Shown in pieces: positions 13,502 to 27,700 of a stretch of 64,000 nucleotides of DNA. The position numbers and the translations under genes are program-made. Each line of letters begins with the position of its first letter. Positions within the stretch are counted from its first letter, which is position 1. The stretch is taken from positions 2,480,001 through 2,544,000 of the forward strand of contig CM102283.1 in the NCBI GenBank assembly GCA_046563655.1, read 5' to 3'. The notes under the pieces were generated by a model. The model did no database searches. It was not told the origin of the DNA and saw only the letters and a program-made list of their open reading frames with translations. The DNA is from Yuukianura sp. NJ FZ-2021 (Eukaryota).

Positions 13502-15179
13502 GCGTAGCTGAAACTAACTCTGTGGCGCCATTTTGACTCTTCTTCGCTCATCGCTTTCCAGTTTCGCTGCGTTGGCCTAAAAAGTCTTCTAAAAAGAAAC
13601 TTGTGAATTGTTGACTTTGTTGCACGCGTGGGAGATACGGCCTTTGTCATCGTCCGTCGTCGTGTTCTTTATTTGAAGAAGATAAAGTGCTCATCACTCA
13701 TAAAATTTTTAGTTTACTCCTGGCAGTGAACAGTGATTGTCATTGGACAGAAGAGGGAGACTTGTTTGTGTCTAACTTCAAAACTTAAGTTCAGAAGGAA
13801 GGAACAAGTCAAGACTAAAAATGAAGTGATGACCTCAGACGCATCAGAACGCAAAGTGAAGTAGAAGACCCAGTGGCTATTCTACAAAAGAAGGATAAAC
13901 AAGTTACTGCAACTGAAGTTTTACAAGTTGAAATCAAAAGGGCACAACCACAACCTCAAAACCACGCTTGATTTTCTCAGTTCATCCTCAACTATATACT
14001 GTGACTGACAAGAACAACTGCCCTTGAATTTTTGAAATTTTGAATCCGACGAAGAACGGCGCCGGAAGAAAACCGTCGATTGTGTAAGTTGCATTCTGCA
14101 AACGGAAACTCGGTTCAACCTTAAATCTATTCGGCAATCAGCGTTGGCGTTGGAAAAATTCGACGATTTTCTTTAAAAACTCGGTGATTTTTGCTGACAC
14201 TTGGCGATTTTGTGATTTGAAATACTCCGGGTAGAGCAAATCGTCTCACCGAATTTTGAAGATCACGTGAGTTATTTTGTGAGTTGAAGTTTTGCTCTAA
14301 AACGTAGAGCATCTGTACCGCGAGATTTTTGAACTTAAAAATTTCGGAGATTTGTTAATTAAAGGAAATTCCGAATTTTTGAAAGTGAAAATTGCGAATT
14401 TTGGCAACTTAGTTGAAATTCAGAACAAAGGAATCATTGTGTCGTGCTGAAATTCGTCAGAAAGACAAACAGTCTGGTTGAAGCTCATCATCGGGCAACG
14501 TCTTTATCATTTTGTGAGGCTGACGTACAAGACCTCAAGATTTTTGGAATTTAGTCGTCAGGAAGAAGCTGTTAAGCTTGACGTTCTTCGCGCTACGTTA
14601 ACTTTTTCTGAGAGTTCAAACTTGGGATTCGCCAGTGCAAATTTTTGGCAAATAAGGAGCTATTTATAATCTTCCAGTTCGTTTTTTTCTTGAAGAAAAA
14701 GTCCACTGACGTTTTTCCTTTTGAAAGATTCACTGTTCAAGAACTGAGAAAAACAGAAGCCGGCTTAAGTTCACAAAAAGATTTTTTTTGGTTTTTGGCA
14801 GTCAGTCTCAAACTAAGATTCTAGAAAAGAACAGTTCAAAAACTTTTGTGCTTGTTCTAAAAAAGTTGAAGGATTTTTAGAACAAAAAGTCTTCATTTGG
14901 AAAAGGAATCTGATGTCCAGCTTACTTTATGTGAAAGTTTCAACAAAAAAGTGAAAGTGAAAAATCCGTGACATTTCAGTTTTTTTTAGTTCTGCCAGTA
15001 ACTATAAAACTTTTTGAAAACTTTTAAAATTTTATCTTTCGCTACTATGATCCTGAGATTATACGTTACCAAAGTTTCGAAAAAAATATGACAATTTTAA
15101 GAAATTGACTTTTCTATTTTTCCTAACGAACGTTCAAAATCAATAAAATTTAATTAGCTGTGAAAGGGCAGTGAAAGCG
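13502..15179 (+). other. Candidate 5' UTR exon region of the AMPK gamma gene
   Basis: Polypyrimidine tract plus TTGCAG acceptor ending at 13501 and a G|GTAAGA donor at 15180, upstream of the acceptor at 15708. Boundaries are uncertain. Confidence 0.3.
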
Positions 15180-15766
15180 GTAAGACAAAAATTTTGAAAT
15201 GAATGGAAAATTAAGGTGAAAATGAAAATTTGGATTGTCCGATGATTGAGTTTTCGTTTTTGCAAAATCGATTTTATTTTATGGAAAAGGACAAAGCAAA
15301 TCTTTGACTCAAATTTTCCTAACTTGCTGAGACAAGGTTTTCGAGGTTTGAAATTTTCTAAACGAAATTAGAGTTTTGAATTTGAAAAGCAAATAGTACT
15401 TTTTTTTAAAAAAAAAAATGGTTCAACAGTCAAGCAGTTTTAGTAAAAATCAAGAAAATTCGTAATTACAATTCAAAGAAAAGAAAAATCACAGGGTCTG
15501 AAAAAATAGACTTGTTTTTTTTTTGCTTTCAGACATTTTAAAAAATGAATTGCAATGACTTTCTGAGTTTTTCAAAATTTCTGAACCAGACTGACGTAAC
15601 ATCTCTGTTTTTCCAAACCTTATCATGTGAACTTCCGGTTATATAATGAGAGTGTCAAATTGAAAACACAAAAATACTAAAAACTGTTTAATTTTTTTCG
15701 TTTTTCAGTTCCGACTTGTCCGAGATTTTTATCGTGTCGTGTCCGGAAACCGTTGAGCACAGTGCC

Positions 15767-18700
15767 ATGTCCGGCGTACTAGGAATTGAGCGCAGACGCA
15801 CAGGCTCTATTGGGATAGAAGAAAAGACGTTGTCTGCCCTTGAGAAATTTGTTGAGCTGTGTGACCAGGGATGTGACGATGACGAAGAGAACGTGACTTC
15901 TGGAAGTGGGAAAGATGACCGTGGAATCTCCACAGAATCGCTGGAAATTCAGCCCACCGCGGCAGCACTCAAGGTTGGCAGTAAGAGCAACGAAGATCTT
16001 CGGTTGCGTCACTCCTCTTCAGGCGGAAGTTCGTCGTCAGCTCGTGCCAAACTGTGTGAACTGTTTATTGATCGGAACAAGATGAGGAGTGGGCGGGACA
16101 AGTCCACGAGTCCATGTTCCGAAAAGGAGAATAATACAGTCGGTGGAATTGGCGGGAAAAATAATGGTTTGAATAACAACGGGAGCGGCGGGAAGTTGCC
16201 ACCAAGTTTACCCCCGCCCATCAAAAAATCAGAGGAGATTTGGGTCCGAAGAGCCGCTGGCGGCAGAAGATCTTTTCGTGTTACGGTGAGTTAAAATTTG
16301 CAAATTCTTAGTGTTAGTTTTTTGCACATTTTGCAAAAAATTGCAAAATATGCTTTTTTTTATGTATGACTGGATGTCAAGTTGCCAAATTGTTTTATAC
16401 TGTTGGCTTGCCTTGACATTTTCTAAAAATTGCTGACGTTAGTTCCGTTGGCGCTTGTTCAAAAAACTTGACATTGGTTTATTCTCAAGCTTTGCAAAAA
16501 GACGGCTCCTGATTGGCTGAATTTCAAATTGAGTCATTTGGTGGGAAGGTTTGAAGTTTTAGCAAAGTCAAAGTCACATTGTCGTTCCATGTAGATTTTG
16601 CACGTAGATGAAACTGAACCTGCGAAAACGTGGAAAGGAAGACCAATTTTGGCAAATTCGCAAACTTGTCCTGTGCGATTTCGCAAATTGGCAAATGCTT
16701 TGGGAATTCTTGATTAGCTGGAAAGGTTACCTTTGTTGCATGCTTTTTTTGGCACTGCTGGAGGCGGAAAATTTTGAAATTTTGAAATGTTTTTTTTTTA
16801 CATTATTTTGTCGGTCATTGACCCCAAATGGTTTTTCAATTAGTTACTCCCTCCATCCTGCCAAATGTTGGCAATCTAACTATTCACAGTGCGAATACAT
16901 CTGCTGTTCACACATTTGCATTGCAAAGGAAAAAATTTCCATTGTAAATTTTTTATTTTTAAATCTGAAAGCTGTAATGACGACATGAGAAATTCTCATT
17001 GAGACTTTTTCAGTTAGAAGATTTTTTGCTAAAAGCATGAGAAAGCGCAAATGGCAATTGTTTTTCATTTTTTTTTGGTTTGGTCAACTAAACGCAAGCA
17101 GGAAGTGGTTGATATGAAATTTTACACAAAACCACACAAATTAAGTTTTGCTCATCCCATCTCTTGTAACTCTTGCATAATTTCATATAACTTTTCAGAC
17201 TTTTTTTCATTTTTTTGATTTCTTTTGGAGCATACAGTGGTTACGTGTTCCACTTTTTAACGTTTCCACGCTCCACGTGTTTTGAAAATGTTCCGAATTT
17301 CTGAAAAACAAATTTTTGTTACCACAACTTTGAAACGCCCTTTGAAAATATTTAATTTTCGAGCCAAGAATCATAAAATGTCTGTTCCTGTCCGATTTTG
17401 ACAAAAAAAAACATTTTTAGTGAAAAAAAAAGTATATCGATAAAAAATGAGTGACATCGGAATGAAATGATGCGGAAATTTGGTTCACTTGAAAACCGAA
17501 ATTCGAAACGTTCCCTCAGGGAAACGCAAAAAGAAATTGCAATTTTTTTGGAAAAAAAGAAAAAAAAATTCAGGTTTTTGCCAAAAATCGGAGACTTTTT
17601 TCAGTGACATGTCGTTGTGCTACTAATGGGTTTTTGTCGTGTTCATAAATCGGCTTTCCCTGAGGATTAAATTTTGCATAACGACCGTATATTAGGTTTG
17701 TTACGACTTGCGATCTAACCTTACGTAAACGCTAATCTAACAACCTAATATGTCGTTACCTAGCAACAGAGCCAAACGTCCTGAAAGTATACACCAACTA
17801 AGAATTCATAAGTAAAAGTTAGGTTTTAGTTTAAGTTTAGCATTTGAATAGTTATTGCTAGCCTACAAATGTTAAGCGTATTAGATTTTGTACGTTTGTG
17901 CTTTTTGAGAAAGTAGAAACTGTGAAGGGAAGATGTAAACTCTGGGAAGAGTGAAATATGTTTTAGGCGGGTCGTAATTCTCCACGCGTGGCCAAGTGTG
18001 GTTTGACTTGCAATTTGGCTCCAGTTTTTGAAAAACATGGAAAGTGGGAATCATTTTAAGCCTAAAAGCTTCTTGCTTACAAATTTGACCTTGAGGCAAC
18101 ATTAATGCCATTTCAACGCCTTTGCGCTTTTGTTTACTTTTTGTATTTTCGTAAGCGATGTTTTTGTTCCATAGTCTCCACTGTCATAAAATAACTTTGA
18201 AAAGAGATTTAATCCAAAGTGTGATTTTTAAGTGTTTGTAGGTGTGGAAGATCAGGTGGAAATAGGAGTAGTTTTTTTTTTCAAAAAGAAATTATCTAAG
18301 TGATCTTTGACCTTCGAGGAAACCTGGTACGGTTATGGGCGGTGCACAAATTACGTATAAAACGTATTTCGTTATGCTCTGCTAGACAACTGATGAGTTC
18401 TAGTTGATGAACTCTATTTTGAAGACTGTTTTTTTTTCTAAAAAAACATGTTTTTGGAGAAAAAAAAAACTGTTTTAAAGTGTTTTTTTTTGTCTATATT
18501 CTAAACCAGGCAATCCGTAGGTTTGGAACAGATATTTAAAAAAGAACGAAAAACTTGGCAAAACTCAGCCCCCTGCAAATGGCGCCCATAGCAACCAACG
18601 CAATTTTTTGTTTGTGACGTCACCAGCTGAAAAATACCGTAATCGTGAAATTGGAACCCGCTGGCATTTATGTAAACAAGATCTGTCTTACGGGTTTCTA

Positions 18701-21700
18701 TAGGACACCACCAATAATTGGCAGAATTCCGGTATTTTCAGCGGGTGACGTCATTTGTTTTTCCACATGGCAACCAAACAAACTTTCCATTCGCACTACC
18801 TAGTAGTATTCTATTTACCTTGGGCAAAACTTGTTTTTTTTTCTGTATTTCCGAAAAATTCTATGTCTAGTTTGAAACTTTCAAAAAATATTTTTTTTAC
18901 TCAAAAATTTCTAATTTTTTTTTATGGGAAGTGTTTTACTGTTGCTTTAGAATTGAATTATGTAAGATACAATATTCGAAAGAGACGAGATGTAAATTGG
19001 AATTAAGGTATAGTGATGTAAGATTTGTGTTTGATGGAAGCAGGGTTGCTAAGCAACCGGTAAAAAGTTTGGTAGTAATTACCTAGGTTGTTTTCGAATT
19101 TTGTTTTAATGAACATACTGTGTACAGCAGAGCACGTTTAGTTTTTATGAGATTCCAACTTAGAAATGCACTGCGTCTTTAGAAGGGAGTAACGAACGTT
19201 TGTTTCTTGATAGAAAAAGTTTTTGGATAGGAGCGGAGAAATAAGCCACATTAATTAGCAAATGTAGGTTAATGTTTTTGATTTGTTTGACTTTTAGTAT
19301 ACTAAAAAGAGGTTAGAGTTGTTGCCTTCGTAGAAGAAACTGAAAGTTCAAGTTTTTTGTTCTCAAGCAGAAAGGAAGATGAGTTGTCTATTTTTAGTTT
19401 TTTTTTAGATAAGTTCAAAATCCAAAGATTCCTTTGAATCCTAATGTTCATGTTGTTGTTTTGCTTTTGACTCAAAAATTCTAAATGTGACGCTCCCAAC
19501 TTTTGTATTCTGGGTCATTCCTACTCCTAGATCAATCACGACGCTAAATTTAAACTTTTGAAAAGTGAATGACATCTTTAACTTGCAAACCTAAAATTTT
19601 GAGAAGTGAATGACATACTTGCTCAACTTTGAGGAAACTGAAATTCTTAATTGTAGAGAGTGAAATTTTGAGTTTTGAAGCTAGACGTTGGTAATCTTGA
19701 ATTTGAAAAGTAAGTGAAAAATATGTTGATTTTTTTTTAATTTGTGTAGAAGCAGCGTTAGGTTTAGCTTTATTTTCGGTGGATAAAAGTTACTACTATT
19801 CTGGTGTTTTTTTTCTTTTTTTAGTATTAAATTTGAATCGGAGTTGAGTCATAGCCAAAAGCGCTTTAATATTTCTTTGGTTTTTAGTTTTTTGTTCTTT
19901 ATGATTGTGAGAAAGTAAACAACCGAAAATGGTTTTGTTTTTCATGTTGGTGGAATTGGATCATCTCGCATCTCACAGTGGGGGATGACAAGATATAGTT
20001 TATGAAGGAGCACAGAACTTCTTTTGTTGCTCTTCAAATGGAATCGTTTCATATTTTTGTTTTCTTTTCCTTTTATCTTTTTTCTTCTACTCAATTTAAT
20101 TTCATTGCATGAAGCACTTTCATTTTTTTGAGTTGTTTTCTGGACGTACACGACTGAAGAAATTCGCTGATCTTTTATGTAGTTACTCCCTCCGATTCTT
20201 TTTTTTTGTTTCAAAATATTTGTGAACATGGCGTTTGAGTTTTTCGAAGGACAATGACTTTCGCACAATACACGACTGATTTTTGATGTGTTTAGTTTCG
20301 TTTTTCGTAGACACGACTGATTTTTTTTAGTTATTTTGTATTTTTTATTGGAATCTGAAAATTGAATTTGCTGGCGTGAAAAACATTTTCTGTTTTGTTG
20401 TATTTTTATCGTTTACAATTTTGCAGAGGAATAGTGTGTTATTTCATTCTGGATTTCAGTTTTTGGAAAAATGTTTTCGAAATTGGAGTTTTTAGCTTGA
20501 AAATGTGACTTAGATGTAAAGCGTAACGGAAGGAAGTCAGTGAACATGAAAATTTAAAATTGATTGAATTTTGTTCGAATTGAATTGAAAACGTGTACAA
20601 GGATTTATAGCTTCTTGTTTTATGTTTTTTCAATTCTTAGAATTGCTTCACATACCTTGAAAAACGAGATAACTTACATTTATAAAAATACTACTAAAAT
20701 ACTATTTCTAAAAATGGAATTCTCAAATTAACAAAAGCGGCAGCACTTTTAATGTGTTTTTGAAGGAGCCGGTTACTTGCGTCATTCTTGTTTTTTTTTT
20801 CATTGTTCAAATGTTTCAGGCTTTGGAATACTCTATTCTGGCTATTTTGAATTATTTTGCACGCCATTTTTTTTCTTTTTTGAAGGAAACAGGTTTTGTT
20901 AGAATTTGTTTGTCTTGAACAAACTTTCGTTTTTTGAAAAAAAAAACGAAAAAGTTCACAAAAAAGACAAAAGAAAGAAAACGAAGAAAGCACAGTGAAA
21001 TAAGTTTCTTTTTTGAAAATTGTTTTGCCAAAGACTATTTTTGTTCGAAGTCGAACAGTGGAACACTTTTAAGAATTTAGTTCTTTTGAGTAGCAGTACC
21101 AGCATGAAACAAACATAAAACTGTTAGAGGAAATCCAGTTTGGTCTAGTTTTTCAATTTTTTGGCTCTTTTGAATCACAAACTTAGAAAAATATGCCACT
21201 CAATTTGTATTTTTATCTCAACTCAAACTTCAGCATGGTTCATGTCACCACTGACCGTTGACGACTGACCTCGTGACCTTTGATCTGTTTTTTTTTCCTG
21301 TTTTTGGCTTTTGCAAAGTGGAAATCCCCGAAATCTGCACTTAACATTAATTGATTAATTCAGAAGTTTGTTCCTTAATCTTACACTGAAGTAATCACTC
21401 AAGTACAGCAATTTTTTCTTGCGTCAAATTCACAATGCAAAATTGCTTTCACAATTTTTTCTGTATAGCACAGAAAACTAAGCTCTCGAAAATTTGTATT
21501 TTCTTTTCTATTATTTTTTTCATATTTTTTAACTCCTTAATCAGTGGCGTCGCTTTTGTGGATTTTAGCGTTAGGTTTCGCTTGAAACTTGAGAGGCTTT
21601 TGAGAGAATGAAATTTTTTTATATTTGTATATAATTAATTTCTGTATATTATTTATCATTTATAATTTGTAATTAGAAACGTTAATTACTTTTTGGGGTG

Positions 21701-24700
21701 AATAGAATGAGAAACATCAAAGGTTTCTGTGATCATGTAATCTCTTGTAACCTTTGACCTAGATGGAGCTGAAGTCAAAGAAAACCAAATTAAAGATTTC
21801 CTAGAAATTCTAAAAATGAAATCTTGTGATAAAGAAAAGTACTTTTTAGAAGACTTTTTTTCAGATGACATTGATGTCTACTCTTTTTGACGCAGAGAAA
21901 AATTAAGGACGGAACTCAATTTACTTTGTTTTTCGAGAGAAACAGAACTTGTCAATTAGAATTTCCTAGAAGTTGTTCACTTTTTGAAAAAGAAACTTTA
22001 TTTTTAACATAGGAGTTGAAAAGAAGCTGTGTTTGTTTTAGAAAGAAACTGTTCATTTTCCCATCAGAGTTTTAGTTGGTTAAAAATTAATGTGTTTGCG
22101 AACAATTTCGAACTCGTGAACAAAATTCAACTTTTTTGTTGTTGAAGAATCTCAATCTTTCCGTTCCCACCAAGATGGTTGTCTTTTTAAGAAGTTTTCG
22201 AGTTTGATAAATTAGAAAATAAATTGTTTTTCTTCACTTTTTCAAAAAAAAAAAAAAAATTGGAGAAATTCGTTCCGAGCCTACTTCATGTGAGTTCCTG
22301 AAGGTAAGACACAAGGTGTGTATAAAGCTGTGCGGAAATGCTGAAGTGTGAACGTGACGCGACTGCGCTTCCCGCCGATTCTATTTGATCACAACTTCCG
22401 TCGGTGTGTTGAAAAGCATCAGGTTGGTATGACTTGAAAGTCATGTCGGTTTTGTCAACCGACTATGTCTCGAGACTCTCTATTAAACTTTTCGGAATTT
22501 TGAAAAAGTATGTTTCCAAATTTTAAAAATTTGAAATTAGTTTTTATACTTTACTTCAGACTAGAACCAGAATTTTGAAGTGTTGTAATCTGCGTTTTAT
22601 GTGATTGTTTCGCAAAAGCGGAAACTTGGTTGAAAAGTGGAACCTTTTTGAACAGTATGAAAACTGGAATATTGTTCCAACGGTATGGAAAGTGAACCTT
22701 TTTGAATAGTACGACAAGTGGAACCTTTTTCAGTATGGAAAGTGGAACCTTTTTGAACAACACAAAGAGTGGAGCCTGTTTGCAAAGTATAAGACCAAAT
22801 TGAAGAAAGCTTTAAATGTTTGAGATTGGACGTAATTAATTGATTAAGTTAACTAACATAAGTTAAGTTAACTACTAAGTATGTAAGCGTGTGTGTTGCA
22901 ATTTTGTTTCCACGTGGGTGACCACAAGGGGACTGGTGGGTGCCAACTTGATATTTGGAGTGACTTTGAAGAAGTTCTTGTGTCTTCTCCAGTCCAGAAT
23001 TGAGACAGATCAAGTCAAAGTTGAACTCAAAAGTTCAACTTTAAGTGGTTCGTAATCTGATTTGTGTTTTTTGGTTGAGAGACCACAGGAAAAGACTCAC
23101 AGAGTTAACAGTCGTCAACTAGCAACTTGCCAAATCAAACCACGTGGTTACTCGTGTCACTCACTTTTTACAATTTTATAGTGTCCCAGAAGTTTAAATT
23201 TTGAAAAATTTTAAGACCGTGAGCAAGGTTACGCTTGTGGACTGCGGAAGTGTGAAAATTTCGGTGTGAAAATTTCGTGAAAAGTTCTAAACTGTTTAGT
23301 TCTTTCTCGGTCGCGAAATGTCAAGTGATTTTTACTATCATTGCAAAATTGTAACTGCTACTACGACAGTTCGAGGATGTCCTCCAACCATTGCCATCTA
23401 CGACACTAGTGTATGTTGACAAAAAATTGAAAAATGAAATTTTGAAAGTTAAAGACTCGAGTTTTTGGTTTTCCAGAATTTTGTTAGCGCAGTTTTCAAC
23501 ATTTGTCCACCAAAGTCAAAATTTCCACAATTTTTTATGTATAATTTTTACCAATATTGTTCAAACAACAGTAATTATTTCTATGTACTGCGGTTAAAAC
23601 TTTATGTTCTAAGCGTTTTAGCGGTGTTGCAATTTCGGAATTTTTTTTTTTTTTTGAATTTCGGATTTCGCGGCTTGAAAAATTTAAAAGTCGTTTACGC
23701 TCAGAAGGCGCTTTTAGTCGTTAATTTGTTTACTGTATCTGTTCTGGATTTTTATGAGTTTGTTTACACTTTGCTTTTTGTAGGTTCATTCGTCTTTTAC
23801 AGGTTCTGTTTTTGTGTGTGCAGTTTTCGACATTGTCGGGAAGAATAAGATATTTTTAGAAATTTCGTTTTTGGCGGGTTTTGTTACACAACAAACTTTC
23901 GAATTTTAGAAATTAAAGACGCTTCTGCTCCTGGCTGTGTCGCGTTTGGAAGTTTTTACGGACGGCTTTAATTTTGTTTTGGGCGTCAAACCAAACCTAA
24001 TCTTAGTTTCGTAATTTGATTTTGGCGGTGAAAGTTTCCCTGGAGAGAAAGTATTTTAATGGAAAACGGATGGTTTTTGGTCCTAAAAACGTTTGGCGGG
24101 AACATACGAATTTTGGAAAAAAAGTTTCCGAAATTTCGTCTTGGTGGGAGTCTAAAAATTGAGTTAGGAAATGACAAATTATTTCAAGGAAGAAGTTGAA
24201 ACGAAGCTCGTTTCCAGAAATGATTAAATTATGCTGAGAATGTGCTTCAAAATTATGAAAAATGGAACTGGATATTGAAATTTTCTTTAACTTTGGAATT
24301 TTTGTATAAATTTTAATTTTTGATTTTTTTTTTCAGAATCTAAGAGGGCAAGTCCTGCCCTCCATTTTGACGGAGGATGCAGACGAGGGAAATGAAACTA
24401 ACGAGGCTAGTGTTACAACATGGACTCCCGGAACTCGGAATCCACTGCAGTTGCAGGACGCTCGTGGACGGCATCACTCGGGCGGTGATGAATTTGGGAT
24501 CAACAAACCACGGCCGTCAAAAACCAGTGCTCTACTGGACGCCTTTCGCCCGCGCTCAAAGTCCGATGCCTCCAGAGTCAAAAAACCAAACTTCATGTCT
24601 AATATTCGCAATGCTGTACATGTAAGTCCACACATTTCAAGGAAAATGTGCAAAAAAAAAAAAAACTCGGTTAAAACGGTCTGTTAAAACAAACTGATCT

Positions 24701-27700
24701 CAATTCTAACTAATTCCAACCATTTCCTGACCGCATAAAGGAAGTTTCAAATGTGCAATTGTTTTACACTCAAAAATCAGTTGTACGTTTGAATCAGAAA
24801 CGAACATTTCAGAAAAAAAATTCTATTTACTATTTGAGCGGTAATTCGAGACAACGTATTGTAGTTAGAACAATAATAATAACTATTATCCATTGTAAAA
24901 AAATGTCGAACTATACGGCGAAGCCCCAGCAAGCGTTGCGCAGCAGAACTTGGTGTAAGTGAAAACATATTAATATTAGCCGGGGCCTAATTTTTTGTGT
25001 TTCCCGCTCTTTTTTTCAGAGTTCTCTGCTGGGGTCAAGTGATTCTTCCAAGGACGGGTCATCCCATCGTCCACGGTCGGGGTCAGACAGTGCCAAATCT
25101 CCGGTTGCCAAGGTGATGGACATCTTCAGAACTCGATCTCAGTCTGTCAGTGCGGAGGACAGGAGAAAGGTAAACACAAATTCTACAACTCCACTCTCGA
25201 AATCAATTTATTCTTGTCCCCCTGGCAGTTCTTATCGTCACTAAGTGATCGCTTGGGTAACTTGATACTTCAAATAGCTTCCAGCGATCAGCGTCAAGCG
25301 CTACAGCACTCAAGCACTAAAGAGCGCTTGAGCACTGGAGCGCTCCAAGATAGTAACAGAAGAAGCTGCAACTCCTTCGGGAGCGTGATTTTGAGCGGGA
25401 GAGGGAGAATTGGATTAATTTTTGACACGAATTGTGTTCCATCATGCATAAAAATATTTCGATAAGGGTGGTCCAGTATTAAAATTTAAACTTCCCGCAA
25501 TTAAAATTTAATTTCCCATCGTTAAAAGTTTTGATAATTAAAGTTGAGTTGAAGCTGGACGTTAATTCATGTCTACGATTACTCAACTACAGATTAAGTA
25601 ATTCAAACTTTAACAAAATACTACCCTAACGAAAGATACTTCTGGATCTTAGGTGGACCAAATGATGAGAAAAATTAACATTTGATACCTAAGTCTCAAT
25701 TAGTTAAAAGTTAATTAATCATTGCAATTAGTGCGTGCTCGGAGATAGTCAATTGGGAATACATCACCAGTGGGAAAGTGGGATGTATCGTATAACTGGA
25801 CATAGACTTTACCTAAGGTTGGTCCTTACGTTACGCCTATGTTCATGACTATGAGTTTGGCTGACTATGACTGACTAAAAAATGACTATTGTATGTTAAT
25901 CTGGATGTGGTGAGATGAAGTGCTAAAAATAGACGTTGATTGACGCCCACTTGACTGGAGGCTGTACCTGGACTATTGATGTTCAGCAGAGTACAAATGA
26001 AAAATGACTCGCATTAGGAGAACTTACACAAAGGAGCAATCAATTTTAGGAAAATTTTGAAATTTTAGTAGAGTACACACGATATGGGTTGTACATACAA
26101 AAGTAGTGCTTGTACTGCGCAAGCTTCGTCGAAGGTTGAACACTGCTCGTGTCGTTTTTTCCTTTTCGAGCATTAACTCAATGAGAGGAGGAGAGTGATG
26201 GAAAAAGTTTTTGAAAAAAAAAACTAAAGAAAACAGCGTTCAGGTTGATACAATTTTGAAAATGTGAAATTTCGGGGAATGTGTTAAATTTGACTTTGAA
26301 TAGAATTGAGAACAAATTGCGTATTGTGTTTTTTGCGTTTTTTTTGGCTGTTTTTCTTATTTGCAATTGAAATTGAAGACGTCTTATTCAACATCGCAAA
26401 AAATGACAAAAACTTTGTTTTTCCCTTCGGACTGTGAATAGAATTAGGCCAAGGTCGACACGTGTAGAAAATTGTACAATTTACAGGGATTCGCACTTAA
26501 CTTTTTTGTAAGCGTGTTTACGTGACCCCGAGGTCACAGAGGTCACACGCCTTGTCGTCATAATTTCCGGAGGAAAACAAAACAATCTTGATGAACGTTG
26601 TTTAAGATGTGTGAAATAGGAATAGCATGATGAGAATGGCTTCAATTTAAAACGCAAGTTACCTAGTGAATTTTTTTGCACAAAATTTTGCACGGAAACT
26701 GGCAAAGTACTTACTGTTTTTTTTTGCAAATAATGGTTGGCGGCCCCTTAATGAGGCGATAAAAGTTTTTAGTTTAACAACTTTAAATTTACAATCACCC
26801 TAACATTAGTTAAATGGTTTTTAATTTTGCATCCGGTAGACTTCCCAAAAGTGGATTTATTATAAGAGTCTAGTAATTTTTTTTAACGGTTGATTTTCAT
26901 TATGTTTTAGAAAAGAGTTTTTTGACGTCATTCCGTTAAATCCACTCGAATAATTTTCCCACTTCTCACATTTCGAGATTTGTAATCCACTTTTTATATT
27001 AGTGCGAATTGTTGCAAAAACTATTTTTGTCAATTTCTGAAATTAAGTATAAGGAAAAAAGTGGATTTTTTGCAACAATGGGAACTTTTAGCAAACTTTT
27101 AGAAGTTTAGTTTTACAAAGCTCTTCTCAACTGCTGCTCTCAGTTCCATTGTTGAGTTTGGCAATTACAGGTGTGTTCTAGTCATAAACTAGCAACTGCT
27201 TTTGTTTGAACAGCGTTTTTCAAAATTCAAACAGGATTTTCAAAGGAATCTAGGTCAGGATTTGACACCTTTGGGAATTACAATTGCAAAATTCTCAACT
27301 CAAATTTGTGCAAATTCGATACAGCAAATGTGACTTATTGCAAATTTGTAAAGTTGGAGTGCTATGTTAGTAAAGTGGAGTGGTTATGGAGATAAGTGGT
27401 AAAAAATTATCATTTCTGAGATCAGGCACAAGTTGAGCTATGGATTTGAATCCCCCCTGCAATTGTTTCCCTTTGTTAAATATTCGTTGTGAGTTCAATT
27501 CCACCTTCCAATTTAATCCCAATTCAACTTTCAAACCAAAATCAGTCCAGCTCCACTTACACGTGGAGAGTTTTTGGAAATTTTGACAAAAGTTGTGTAG
27601 AAATTTCGTTTTTTGAATTTGTTTGTATAAAATTGACCTAGATTTTGAAAAAGTTTGAGGATTGACGTGAAGTGTGGAGTGAGTTCCAGCTTTGACTTCT

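Noticed and set aside
24903-24960. Short ATG exon [17 protein letters not shown] with a GTAAGT donor
   Set aside because: The donor falls in phase 1 while the next exon (25020) needs phase 0, so it cannot be supported as a coding first exon.
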